Of a DNA stretch of 64,000 bases, positions 48,124 through 57,351 are shown piece after piece. The translations under genes and the position numbers were made by a program. This DNA is from an uncultured Candidatus Binatia bacterium (lineage in GTDB: Bacteria; Desulfobacterota; Binatia; Bin18): NCBI GenBank assembly GCA_965214605.1, contig OZ243961.1, positions 2,240,001 to 2,304,000 on the forward strand, written 5' to 3'. The notes under the pieces are model-generated. The model saw only the letters and a list, made by a program, of their open reading frames with translations. It ran no database searches and was not told the origin of the DNA. How positions within the stretch are numbered: the stretch's first letter is position 1; every line of letters starts with the position of its first letter.

Positions 48124-48981
48124 TTACTCGGTGTGGCTGAAGTATGCGCGGATGATACGGGCAACTTCTTGCGGCTTTTCCATGGGTAGAAAATGGCTGG
48201 TGCCTGGAACGGTTACGAGCTTTCCTTGGGGAATCCTCTGGGCGACCTTTTCCGCCACCAGAAACAGGGGAGGGTCGGTCCGTTCCCCCCGGAGAACCAG
48301 AGCTGGACAATCGACTTGATCAAGCTGCGAGTAGATGTCTGCCAGGGGAGATTGGGCAAACACGTGGGCTTCGACTTCGACCGGGCACTTCAGTTGAACG
48401 TGCCCGTTTGGCAAATCGACAGTCCCGTAGTTGACATAATCCCATAAAACCTCGCGCTGCCAGTCGGAAAAGGCGGCTTTTGTCCGATAGACGTCAAATA
48501 ATTGCCGGCGTGAGTCCCACACCTCACGCCGGCGCAGCGTCTGCTCAACAAGAGGCTGGTTGTTTGTAGACATCCGCTCCACAAAGGGCGGCTCGTGCGG
48601 AAAGGTCACCGGCTCAAGCAGGACTAAGCCTTGCATCTGGCCGGGATGGGTCGCCGCGTAGCCCGCCAGAAGGGCCGCCCCGCCGGAATGGCCAAGCCCG
48701 TAAAAATCGTGGAGCTGCAGAACAGCAATTACCGCTGCGACATCCCGGGCCATATCTTGCCAGTGAGAGTCTCCTAAGACCGGCTTCTCGCTGTCGCCCT
48801 GACCGCGCAAATCGAGGGTGTACACATGGTAGGCGCCTTCAAGATTCCGGATTAACTTCTGGTAGACCCAGCCGAGAAACCCGTTAGCATGCACCAGCAG
48901 CGCATCCGGCCCACCGCCACCCCAGTCGGCGACGTGGAGTTTGACTCCGTCCACATCAATGAATCGGCTGCGGGGTTTCAT
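48124..48981 (-). CDS. Alpha/beta hydrolase
   Basis: HANGF, DLRGQGDS, GHSGG nucleophile elbow, SHFLPME. Confidence 0.92.
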   Translation of the reverse strand: MKPRSRFIDVDGVKLHVADWGGGGPDALLVHANGFLGWVYQKLIRNLEGAYHVYTLDLRGQGDSEKPVLGDSHWQDMARDVAAVIAVLQLHDFYGLGHSGGAALLAGYAATHPGQMQGLVLLEPVTFPHEPPFVERMSTNNQPLVEQTLRRREVWDSRRQLFDVYRTKAAFSDWQREVLWDYVNYGTVDLPNGHVQLKCPVEVEAHVFAQSPLADIYSQLDQVDCPALVLRGERTDPPLFLVAEKVAQRIPQGKLVTVPGTSHFLPMEKPQEVARIIRAYFSHTE

Positions 48982-49197
48982 AGCGTTCTGGTGTAAACCA
49001 CATAGGGGTATTTGTCTAGCAACGTGAATGATGTTCTTCTGAATCGATGCAGAGAGCGTTGTCTACTCTAGAGAGCCACCTTGTCGAGAAGAGATCACCG
49101 TTGACCGCAAGCCGAGGCGTGTGTCCCTTGCACATGCCCTCCGACCTTTAGTAAAAGCCTAATACGTCTAGAATGATCCTACTAAGGAGGACTGCTT

Positions 49198-49584
49198 ATG
49201 AGTGTCCAAGAGATCGAAGCTCTCACCACGGAGTTCTTTGGCGCCTTTAGCCGCAACGATATGGCTGCGGCGGCCAACCTGCTGTCCGACGACCTTGAGG
49301 TTATTGACCATGTCCCCTATCGGTTTGAGGGCAAACAGCAGTTTGTCGACTTCTTGGCCGGTGCCATGGCCGGAATTGAGTCGGGGACGTTTGGCTGTCG
49401 CCAACTGTCGTGCCGAGTGTTTCATGACAACGGCGCAGTGGCCAACGCCTACGACACCTTTTCGGGCGTGGGCAGAGACGGCAAACCCATAAACACGCAC
49501 GGCCGCACCACCCTGGTGTTTGCCAAAGAGAGCGGCCAGTGGAAAATTGTCAGCTGCCACTTCTCGCCGCTGCCAAGCCACTAA
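49198..49584 (+). CDS. NTF2/SnoaL-like protein, copy 1
   Basis: 128 aa; GRTTLVF...WKIVSCHFS C-terminus; AAGGAGG RBS. Confidence 0.88.
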   Translation: MSVQEIEALTTEFFGAFSRNDMAAAANLLSDDLEVIDHVPYRFEGKQQFVDFLAGAMAGIESGTFGCRQLSCRVFHDNGAVANAYDTFSGVGRDGKPINTHGRTTLVFAKESGQWKIVSCHFSPLPSH

Positions 49585-49597
49585 AGGAGGACCGCCC

Positions 49598-49981
49598 ATG
49601 AGTGCAGAAATTGAGGCTCTGGCCAACGAATTTTTCGCGGCCTTCAGCAGAAACGATCTCCAGGCCGCCATAGATCTGCTGTCCGACGACCTTGAGGTTA
49701 TTGACCATGTGCCCTACCGGTTCGATAACAAGCAGCAGTTTGTCGAGTTTCTCCAGGGTGCGATGGCCGCCATCGAGTCCAACACCTCCGGCCTGCGTCA
49801 AGCGTCGTGCCGGGTGTTTAACGACAGTCTCGCCGTTGTCAACGGCTACGATACTTTCAGCGGAGTGACAAAAGGTGGGCAGGCCCAGAGCCAGAACGGT
49901 CGGACCACGCTGGTGTTTGCCAAAGAGGGCGCTCAGTGGAAGATTGTCAGCTGTCATTTCTCGCCGCTGCCGAGCCACTAG
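49598..49981 (+). CDS. NTF2/SnoaL-like protein, copy 2 (tandem paralogue)
   Basis: 127 aa, colinear with and highly similar to copy 1; own AAGGAGG RBS. Confidence 0.88.
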   Translation: MSAEIEALANEFFAAFSRNDLQAAIDLLSDDLEVIDHVPYRFDNKQQFVEFLQGAMAAIESNTSGLRQASCRVFNDSLAVVNGYDTFSGVTKGGQAQSQNGRTTLVFAKEGAQWKIVSCHFSPLPSH

Positions 49982-50004
49982 GCGCGGCGCGGAAGAAATC
50001 TCCT

Positions 50005-50032
50005 AGTTCCCTCCCATTATGGGGAGGGAACT
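50005..50032. terminator. Hairpin after the NTF2 pair
   Basis: AGTTCCCTCCC-attatg-GGGAGGGAACT, 11-bp perfect stem; no U-tract. Confidence 0.5.
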
Positions 50033-50349
50033 GCAACCTTCCTCCCCCAGCCTGCTTGCCGCCCGCTCTTGGTGTGGCACCGCTCGATGGACGAATGTAA
50101 GCAACACCTCAAAGCCCCGGCCCGACACGTCTGGGCGTGGCTGAACGTTCCTCAGTACGTAGTCAGTCTGAACGTCTTTCACCGTTCGGTTCGCTTTCTA
50201 GACAAGGTCCCGCGCAGAGGCACCACCATCTTCATTCAGCGCTGCTTCATCGCGGCCTGGATTCTTTACGCTGAGAACGCACGATTACAACCGCCTGCGC
50301 CGCGTCCGAGTAATGAGGACAGCTCCCAAGCTCCAGAAAGGACACCTCA

Positions 50350-51198
50350 ATGACTCATCCGGTCCGTTTCGGCATCCAAACCCCACAGCAGAACAGCAAC
50401 GGCTGGCACGACATGCTGGCCGTGTGGCAGGAAGTTGAGAGACTTGGCTTTGATACAGCCTGGGTATTTGACCATTTTTTACCAATTTTTTCCGATCCAA
50501 GCGGCCCCTGCATGGAAGGGTGGACCGCCCTGTCGGCCCTGGCCATGGCCACCGAACGGATCCGGCTCGGCGTCATGGTCACCGGCAACACATACCGACA
50601 CCCGGCCGTGCTAGCGAAAACTGCCGCGACCGTCGATATCATCAGCCACGGACGTCTCATCTTCGGCATCGGTGGCGGCTGGTTTGAGCGCGAGCACGCG
50701 GCCTTCGGCATCTCATTTCCCGGTATCGGCGAACGTTTAGAGCGGCTTGAGGAGTCGCTGACCCTCATCAAGCAGCTGTGGACCCAGGACACCACGAGCT
50801 ACACGGGGCGTTACTACCAACTACACAAGGCGCCGTTTTTACCCAAACCGGTTCAAACCCCCCATCCGCCTATCCTGGTTGGCGCCTCGGGCGAACGGGT
50901 GGCCCTCGGCATTGTCGCCCGCCACGCCGACATGTGGAACAGCTTTGGTCCACCGGCGCTGTTCCGGCATAAAATCGCCCGTCTGGACGAGCACTGCCAA
51001 CGCATTGGGCGTGATCCGGACACGATCGAAAAGTCGGTTTTGGTGACCGGCATGTTTACACCCGACCAAGCCCGGCAAAAGGTCGAGGACTATGTGGACG
51101 CCGGGGTTACGCATATTATCTTTTCGGTTGAAACCGCCCAGGATATTGAAGCGGTTCGGACGTTTGCTCGGGACGTCATGCCAGCGTTCCGATCTTAA
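50350..51198 (+). CDS. LLM-class (probably F420-dependent) oxidoreductase
   Basis: GFDTAWVFDHF, VTGNTYRHPAVLAK, PKPVQTPHPPI. Confidence 0.92.
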   Translation: MTHPVRFGIQTPQQNSNGWHDMLAVWQEVERLGFDTAWVFDHFLPIFSDPSGPCMEGWTALSALAMATERIRLGVMVTGNTYRHPAVLAKTAATVDIISHGRLIFGIGGGWFEREHAAFGISFPGIGERLERLEESLTLIKQLWTQDTTSYTGRYYQLHKAPFLPKPVQTPHPPILVGASGERVALGIVARHADMWNSFGPPALFRHKIARLDEHCQRIGRDPDTIEKSVLVTGMFTPDQARQKVEDYVDAGVTHIIFSVETAQDIEAVRTFARDVMPAFRS

Positions 51199-51253
51199 AA
51201 CGGCGCCGCATTTTTGTCTGCCTTATCATTCAGGAAAAAGGAGGAGGCGCACA

Positions 51254-51475
51254 ATGGACACAAAAGATATTATCGTTGCTAAACTGGCCGAGTGGTCTCT
51301 GGAGCTGAGCGATGACGAAATTGAGCAGCTCGTGGAACCGTACGAAACCCTGCTGCGTTGGCGCGGGACGGTGGAGGACATGCTCCGAGCCCGGCCCATT
51401 GCGGACGGCATGCAGTTTCCCGAGAGCGAACCCCTGCTGATCCACGCCCTTGACAAGAAAGGGGGTGTCCAATGA
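51254..51475 (+). CDS. Small acidic protein coupled to the amidase (GatC/AtzG-like partner?)
   Basis: 73 aa; GGAGGAGG RBS; ATGA overlap with the amidase start. Confidence 0.7.
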   Translation: MDTKDIIVAKLAEWSLELSDDEIEQLVEPYETLLRWRGTVEDMLRARPIADGMQFPESEPLLIHALDKKGGVQ

Positions 51476-52872
51476 GCACGGCTCAAGACCTGACCTACCT
51501 GTCGATCGCCGAGCTGTCGGGCCGAATTCAAAACAAGGACATTTCCCCGGTCGAGGTGGTTCAGGCCACGCTGGCTCGGATAGATCGGATCGAGTCGCAG
51601 CTCAACTCCTTCAACGCGGTCTTCACCGATCAAGCCCTGGCCGAGGCTCGCCAAGCCGAGGCAGACATCGGGCGCGGAGACTACCGGGGCCCTTTACACG
51701 GCATTCCAATCGGCATTAAAGACATCTACGAATACGGACCGACGACCTGTGGGTCAGAGTCCCTAGCCGATTACGTCGCTGAGCAGGACTGCACCTCGGT
51801 GGCCAAACTCAAACAGGCCGGGGCTATCGTGGTGGGAAAAACGGCGACCTATGAGTTTGCCTACGGCCTCCCCACCACCCAGTCGTATTTTAAACCGACC
51901 CGCAATCCGTGGAGTCTGGACCATGATGCCGGAGGCTCCAGTAGCGGTACGGCAGCCTCGACCGCTGCTGGCCTAGCCTACGCTGGGATGGGCTCGTGTA
52001 CTGGCGGATCGATCCGCTGGCCGGCTCAAGTCTGCGGGATTGTCGGGCTGAAGGCAACCTATGGGCGGGTCAGCCGGGCAGGCGTATACCCCTTGTCATG
52101 GAGTCTCGACCATACCGGCCCGCTGACCCGCACGGTGACCGACGCGGCACTGATGCTCCAGGCTTGCGCCGGCTATGATCCGCTCGACCCTGCTTCGGCC
52201 CGTGTCGCAGTGCCCGATTTCACGATCAAGCTAGGCCAAGACATCAAGGGCATGCGGATTGGTCTACTTCGGTCACTCTACGAGGACAGCTGCGATCCAA
52301 AACTGCTCGGCCCGTATAACGAGGCGCTGAAGAAGTTTGAAGAACTCGGGGCACAGGTTCTCGACCTGCCATCGATCAGCTTAGCCCAGATGCAGGCTAT
52401 TGAGTGGCCGGGTTTATTCGCCGACTGTGCGACGATTCATGTCAATAACGTGCGCCATACAGGCAACAAGTACAACCCGCACGCTAAGCTGTATGTCGCC
52501 TACGGACTGCTGGTCAGCGGAGCACAATACTTGATGGGTGCCCAGGCTCGAGCCCAGGTACGGGACGACTTGATCAGCGCACTTGAGGCCGACGTTGACG
52601 TGCTCATGCTGCCGACCTCGGGTTTTCAGGTCAATACCATTCAGGAGACCTCACCGGGACCCAGTATTGTGTCAAGCTCCTTCTCAGTGTACACCCCGCT
52701 CTTTAACTTCACCGGGCTGCCGGCCATTCAGATACCGTGTGGTTTTGACACCGATGGGCTCCCGGTCGGATTCCAGATTGCCGGCCTGCCCTTTGATGAA
52801 GCAACCATCTGTCAGGTGGGCTATGCCTACGAGCAGGCCACGGACTGGCATACGCGGCATCCGAACCTGTAA
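51472..52872 (+). CDS. Amidase signature family protein
   Basis: GIKD (Lys), GGSSSG and GSCTGGSIRWPA (Ser-cisSer-Lys triad retained). Confidence 0.94.
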   Translation: MSTAQDLTYLSIAELSGRIQNKDISPVEVVQATLARIDRIESQLNSFNAVFTDQALAEARQAEADIGRGDYRGPLHGIPIGIKDIYEYGPTTCGSESLADYVAEQDCTSVAKLKQAGAIVVGKTATYEFAYGLPTTQSYFKPTRNPWSLDHDAGGSSSGTAASTAAGLAYAGMGSCTGGSIRWPAQVCGIVGLKATYGRVSRAGVYPLSWSLDHTGPLTRTVTDAALMLQACAGYDPLDPASARVAVPDFTIKLGQDIKGMRIGLLRSLYEDSCDPKLLGPYNEALKKFEELGAQVLDLPSISLAQMQAIEWPGLFADCATIHVNNVRHTGNKYNPHAKLYVAYGLLVSGAQYLMGAQARAQVRDDLISALEADVDVLMLPTSGFQVNTIQETSPGPSIVSSSFSVYTPLFNFTGLPAIQIPCGFDTDGLPVGFQIAGLPFDEATICQVGYAYEQATDWHTRHPNL

Positions 52873-52942
52873 GGCGAGCGGGTGCTACCCTTCCCCTCTG
52901 AATCCTGGTAACTAGGGATCTTAGGAGGAAGGAGGAAGTCGG

Positions 52943-53704
52943 ATGGCAGAGATACTGAAAGACAAGGTGGCACTCATCACTGGCGGGAGTTCGGGCATTG
53001 GCCGGGCGACTGCTCTCGCCTGCGCCCGGGAGGGCGCCAAGGTGGCGGTCGCCGACATCGTTGGACCGGGCGGCCAAGAGACCGTGCGACTGATCAAAGA
53101 GGCCGGTGGTGAGGCTATTTTTATCCAAGCTGATATGACCAAAGCGCATGAGTTACAAGCCATGGTCAACACCGTCGTCGAGACCTACGGCCGACTCGAC
53201 TGCGCCCATAACAATGCCGGGATCGAGGGCGCGCTGGGCAAGACCGCGGTCTATGATGAGGCAGCCTGGGATCAGGTCATCGCCATCAACCTGACTGGCG
53301 TGTGGCTGTGCATGAAATACGAAATTCCGGCCATGCTCAAAAACGGCGGCGGGGCGATTGTCAACACCGCCTCGGCCGCCGGTCTATTGGGCGTGCCGAA
53401 TATGCCCGCCTATGCAGCCAGCAAACACGGCGTGGTGGGCCTGACCAAAACGGCCGCCCTGGAGTACGCCAAGTCTGGAATCCGGGTCAACGCGGTGTGC
53501 CCAGGTATTATTCAGACGCCGATGGTGGCGCGGCTGACCGGCGAGCGGCCAGACATGTTCGAAAAAATCGCCACCGCAGAACCGATCGGGCGGGTCGGCA
53601 AACCGGAGGAGATTGCCGAGGCAGTGGTCTGGCTGTGTTCGGACGCCGCCTCTTTTGTGACCGGCTATGGCATGTCGGTCGACGGCGGTATTGTGGCGCA
53701 GTAA
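52943..53704 (+). CDS. Short-chain dehydrogenase/reductase (paralogue of 4800-5561)
   Basis: TGGSSGIG, NNAG, YAASK. Confidence 0.93.
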   Translation: MAEILKDKVALITGGSSGIGRATALACAREGAKVAVADIVGPGGQETVRLIKEAGGEAIFIQADMTKAHELQAMVNTVVETYGRLDCAHNNAGIEGALGKTAVYDEAAWDQVIAINLTGVWLCMKYEIPAMLKNGGGAIVNTASAAGLLGVPNMPAYAASKHGVVGLTKTAALEYAKSGIRVNAVCPGIIQTPMVARLTGERPDMFEKIATAEPIGRVGKPEEIAEAVVWLCSDAASFVTGYGMSVDGGIVAQ

Positions 53705-53789
53705 AGATAAAGAAAGATAAAGAAAGATAGCGGTGATAACCTTTCGGCTTTAGCAAAGGCTCAGCGTTCTCTTTTTTGAGGAGGCACCC

Positions 53790-54683
53790 ATGCGATACGG
53801 CTTACACGTAGGCGGCGGCGCGGTCATGGGCAAGAATTCGGCTGCACGGCAGATTGGCGAGCTCGCTGAGGAACTTGGCTACGACGGCATTGTGACCGGT
53901 GACCATATCACCATTCCCAAAGAGATCGGCTCAACCTATCCATATACCAAGCTGGCCGAGTCAATGGGATACAACCCGTACGCGGTGTTCACCACCATGG
54001 ATTGGCTAGACGCCTTTACGGTGCTCGGCCTATTAGTGCCGGTAACAAAGACAGTCCGCTTAGGAACGAGTGTCACGATCGTCCCCTATCGCCATCCTCT
54101 TGATATGGCTCGAGTGGTGGCCAGTCTAGATGTGGCTTCCGGCGGACGGATCATTTTTGGTGCCGGAGTCGGTTGGATGCGCGAAGAGTTTGAGCTGCTC
54201 GGCGTCCCCTATGAGGAGCGCGCCTCGCGCACGCGTGAATATCTGCGTGTCATGCAAGAGGTTTGGACCAAGGACATCCCCCGCTTTAACGGCAAATACG
54301 TCCAGGTCGACAAAGAGCTGCACTTCGCTCCCAAGCCGATCCAAAAGCCCCATCCGACAATTTGGGTCGGTGGAGAATCGACACCAGCTTTAAAACGGGT
54401 GGTGGAATTTGGCTCGGGCTGGCATATCGGCCCGGTCGACATTGAAGATATCAGGCCCCGCTTTGATGAGCTGAGGAGGCTGATGGAAGCCGCGGGTCGC
54501 AGTTACGATGAGCTAGAGATTACCTGGATGGTCGATAATGCGCGCACCGATGCGGCCGCAATTCGGGCCTATCAGGACCTTGGGGTGCACGGCTTATACG
54601 TAACCGCCGCTACTGCCGATCCGGACGAGATGTGCGCGATCATGCGGGATTTTCCGAAGAAAGTACAGGATACGGTGGGCTGA
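53790..54683 (+). CDS. LLM-class (probably F420-dependent) oxidoreductase
   Basis: GDHITIP, LGTSVTIVPYRHP, GVGWMREEF, PKPIQKPHP. Confidence 0.92.
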   Translation: MRYGLHVGGGAVMGKNSAARQIGELAEELGYDGIVTGDHITIPKEIGSTYPYTKLAESMGYNPYAVFTTMDWLDAFTVLGLLVPVTKTVRLGTSVTIVPYRHPLDMARVVASLDVASGGRIIFGAGVGWMREEFELLGVPYEERASRTREYLRVMQEVWTKDIPRFNGKYVQVDKELHFAPKPIQKPHPTIWVGGESTPALKRVVEFGSGWHIGPVDIEDIRPRFDELRRLMEAAGRSYDELEITWMVDNARTDAAAIRAYQDLGVHGLYVTAATADPDEMCAIMRDFPKKVQDTVG

Positions 54684-55103
54684 TAACCCCGAGCCGGCCA
54701 AAGAACGGCTCGCCACAAAACGGAACCTTGAAAAACTTGAAGAGCGCCCGAGCTCTCGTATCCGAGAGCTCGCATATAAACTTGCATTTCGTCTCGGCAC
54801 CATGATGGTTATCGTGGTGGGCTTGGTTGCACCTCCGGTCACCATCCTCTGAGTCTGAACGATATAGCTGCCGAGCCCGGTCACCCCTCGTCCTGCTTCG
54901 GCCAGTAAGCGATCTCCCCCCTAGTCCTTCGAGCGCCAGGCCCCGCAGAGCTGATCTAGCATCAGCCGTCCGAGCTGCTAGGTGAGCGCAACTAAAGATT
55001 TCTTCCCAGGGGGTATCCCAACCGACTCAGATATGCTTGACAGTTCAAAGCAGTAAGCAGAATAATCTGTCGCCAAGCCTCATCCAATTGAAAAAGGGGA
55101 AGT

Positions 55104-56339
55104 ATGCCTTTCCAGTTGCGCTACAGTATTGACGATCAGGATATCACGGTGGTCGCCATCGGCTTGTTTGTCGCACCAAACAAAATGTTACTGGAACTGA
55201 TGCGTTTAGGCGTTCGAGTGGTACTGGTCGAACCGATTATAGGCGCCCACAAGAGCCGTGGCCTGCCCGACCGGGATCGCGGTCCACTCAGCCGGGACGG
55301 CCTCAGCATTCCGTGGCACATGCTCCACCGTGGCATGCAGTCCCTAGCGGTTGATCTGCACCAAGAGGCAGGGCGGCGGTTGGTGCTCGATTTGATCAAG
55401 GCAACCCACGTTCTGGTCAGCAACTGGCCGCCGCGTATGGCTCCCTGGCTTGAATACGGGCACTTGGTCGAGCACTGCGGTCCGGAGGTCATCAAGATTC
55501 AGTTCGACGGAGGGCATAACGGCCGGGTGGCTAACGATTACTCCATGCAGGGGGCGACCGGTCTGGCCCATGCGACCGGAGAACCCCATGGTCGGCCGCT
55601 GACCATTCCTGTGGCATTCTTTGACATGGTCACCGGGCTGCACGGCCTGAACGCCTTTCATGTCGGCCTGCGGCGTTTAGCCGAAACCGGCCGGGGTGAT
55701 TGTTACAGGATCGCGCTTGAGCAGGTCGCCTTTCAGACGCTAGCCGAGCTGGGGTGGTATGCCCAGGCCGAGACCACGGGCGAGCGCCGTGAGCCGATTG
55801 GAGACAATCTGCTCGACGCCGTCCACGGGCACTATGCGACACGAGACGGAAAATTCATCACCCTCAACCTAATTGGCGACAGCGTGTTGCGCAAACTGCG
55901 CGAGGCAACCGGCATGACGACCCTGGCCTATGATACCCAAGGTCACGAGATCCACGGCGATCACGCCCGATACTTGGTCGTCGAAGAAATCAAAAAACAT
56001 ATTGCAGACTGGATTGGTGCGCGCTCACAGGATGAAGCGCTGGACATCCTGCAACAGGCCGGCTTGGTCTCCGAGCCGTGTCGGGACAGCGTAGAGGCTG
56101 AAGAATATACCCACCAACTCCCCTGCTTTCACGCCGTTGACGATCCCGACCTGGGCCCGATATGGATACCCGGACCGGTCATTGAAGCGCGGGATTTGGA
56201 GCCGGTCGAGCTGTCGAGGGCTCCTCATCCGGGCGAGCATACGTATGAAATTCTTGAGAGCGTTCTGGGCCTCAGCAAGTTCGCCGTTGCCAAGCTGGAA
56301 CGACAGGGGCTCGTCGCCGGGCCGGGGCCGACCAGCTAA
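55104..56339 (+). CDS. Family III CoA-transferase (CaiB/BaiF-like), divergent
   Basis: HRGMQSLAVDL, DYSMQGATG, FFDMVTG (catalytic Asp position), APHPGEHTYEIL. Confidence 0.82.
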   Translation: MPFQLRYSIDDQDITVVAIGLFVAPNKMLLELMRLGVRVVLVEPIIGAHKSRGLPDRDRGPLSRDGLSIPWHMLHRGMQSLAVDLHQEAGRRLVLDLIKATHVLVSNWPPRMAPWLEYGHLVEHCGPEVIKIQFDGGHNGRVANDYSMQGATGLAHATGEPHGRPLTIPVAFFDMVTGLHGLNAFHVGLRRLAETGRGDCYRIALEQVAFQTLAELGWYAQAETTGERREPIGDNLLDAVHGHYATRDGKFITLNLIGDSVLRKLREATGMTTLAYDTQGHEIHGDHARYLVVEEIKKHIADWIGARSQDEALDILQQAGLVSEPCRDSVEAEEYTHQLPCFHAVDDPDLGPIWIPGPVIEARDLEPVELSRAPHPGEHTYEILESVLGLSKFAVAKLERQGLVAGPGPTS

Positions 56340-56513
56340 GCCGGGCCCTGCACGCTATGTCAATTCGATAATATCCGCCGGATACAAGAAGGTCGTTTCA
56401 GGACATTACATACAGTCTTGACCAGACCCTCTTTGACCTCCCGTTTTCGTCTTGGCGGCGAAATTAAGACCTTCGCACGACTTTGCAACCATCCGCCCGG
56501 CATAGCGGCCGTT

Positions 56514-56528
56514 TGGCACCTTTTTTGC
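56514..56528 (+). promoter_or_regulatory. Sigma54 -24/-12 promoter
   Basis: TGGCAC-CTTTT-TTGC is an exact TGGCAC-N5-TTGC match in an intergenic region. Confidence 0.75.
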
Positions 56529-56539
56529 CAGAATAATAG

Positions 56540-56626
56540 AGTATTGTTTCAGGTGTCCCCCAGAGCAACGCTCCGGTCCCTCCTCGGGGCGTTGCACCAA
56601 GCCCCCATCCCCCCGGGGGCTTTTTC
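56540..56626 (+). ncRNA. Candidate sigma54-dependent small RNA (about 85 nt)
   Basis: Lies between the sigma54 motif and an intrinsic terminator; contains an 11-bp stem GCAACGCTCCG/CGGGGCGTTGC with loop GTCCCTCCT. Confidence 0.55.
56599..56626 (+). terminator. Rho-independent terminator
   Basis: AAGCCCCC-atcccccc-GGGGGCTT followed by further Ts. Confidence 0.7.
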
Positions 56627-56675
56627 ATGCCCCTGTCATCAGATACTGTGCTTGGCCCTGTCGGAAACCGCTGCC

Positions 56676-57209
56676 ATGGTCACACCCACACCAAACCGCC
56701 CTCCTTTGAGATGGATTGTCCCCCTGAGCGCCGCCATCAGCCTGTTTCTGCTGTGGTTGATCTATTGGAAACCGGCCGCCACCACCCAGGCGGGATGGAT
56801 CACAGTTCTGCCTGCCACAAATGCCCTGTGTAATGGACTGAGCGCGTGCTGTTTGATTGCGGGATTTTTGAATATTCGACGCGGCAGGCGGACTGCTCAC
56901 ATCCGCTGTATGCTTGGCGCGGTGCTGTGTTCAGTTCTGTTTCTGACCGGCTATATTGTCTACCACCATTTTCACGGCGATACGCCGTTTCCGGGTCAGG
57001 GCCTTGTTCGACCGATCTACTTCACCATTCTCATCAGCCACATTGTCCTGTCTATCGTCGTCCTCCCCATGGTATTGACAACGCTCTACTACGCCGGAAC
57101 AGGCCAATACCAAACCCACCGGAGGCTGGCCCGCTATACCTTACCCCTCTGGCTGTACGTCTCGGTAACCGGCGTAGCCGTGTTTTTCTTTTTGCACGCC
57201 TACACCTAG
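56676..57209 (+). CDS. DUF420 family membrane protein
   Basis: LPATNALCN, H..CM, YFTILISHIVLS, HRRLARYTLPLWLYVSVTGV. Confidence 0.9.
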   Translation: MVTPTPNRPPLRWIVPLSAAISLFLLWLIYWKPAATTQAGWITVLPATNALCNGLSACCLIAGFLNIRRGRRTAHIRCMLGAVLCSVLFLTGYIVYHHFHGDTPFPGQGLVRPIYFTILISHIVLSIVVLPMVLTTLYYAGTGQYQTHRRLARYTLPLWLYVSVTGVAVFFFLHAYT

Positions 57210-57351
57210 CTCGGGCTGCACCGGCGTGACAAGCAGCGAAGCAGTCCAACACATGTCAACAATCACGAGCCGTTGTCTTCATCCTCACGGTTTGGGATGA
57301 TCAGGCAACGTAGGAGTTGCCAAGCCCCACGAAAACGGCCAAGATGAGGCC

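Noticed and set aside
47183-48319. 378-aa plus-strand ORF
   Set aside because: Antisense shadow of the NADP-dependent oxidoreductase.
51472-52872. Calling the amidase gatA
   Set aside because: No gatB adjacent, catabolic context and an atypical signature.
53703-53730. AAAGATAAAG tandem repeat with loose similarity to CRISPR spacer 19
   Set aside because: Low complexity; the match is far too short for self-targeting. No spacer was seen to match the window, although this was checked only by eye.
54749-54772. Perfect 10-bp hairpin CGAGCTCTCG-tatc-CGAGAGCTCG
   Set aside because: Probably an ordinary terminator or stability hairpin after the LLM gene; nothing further supports a distinct element.
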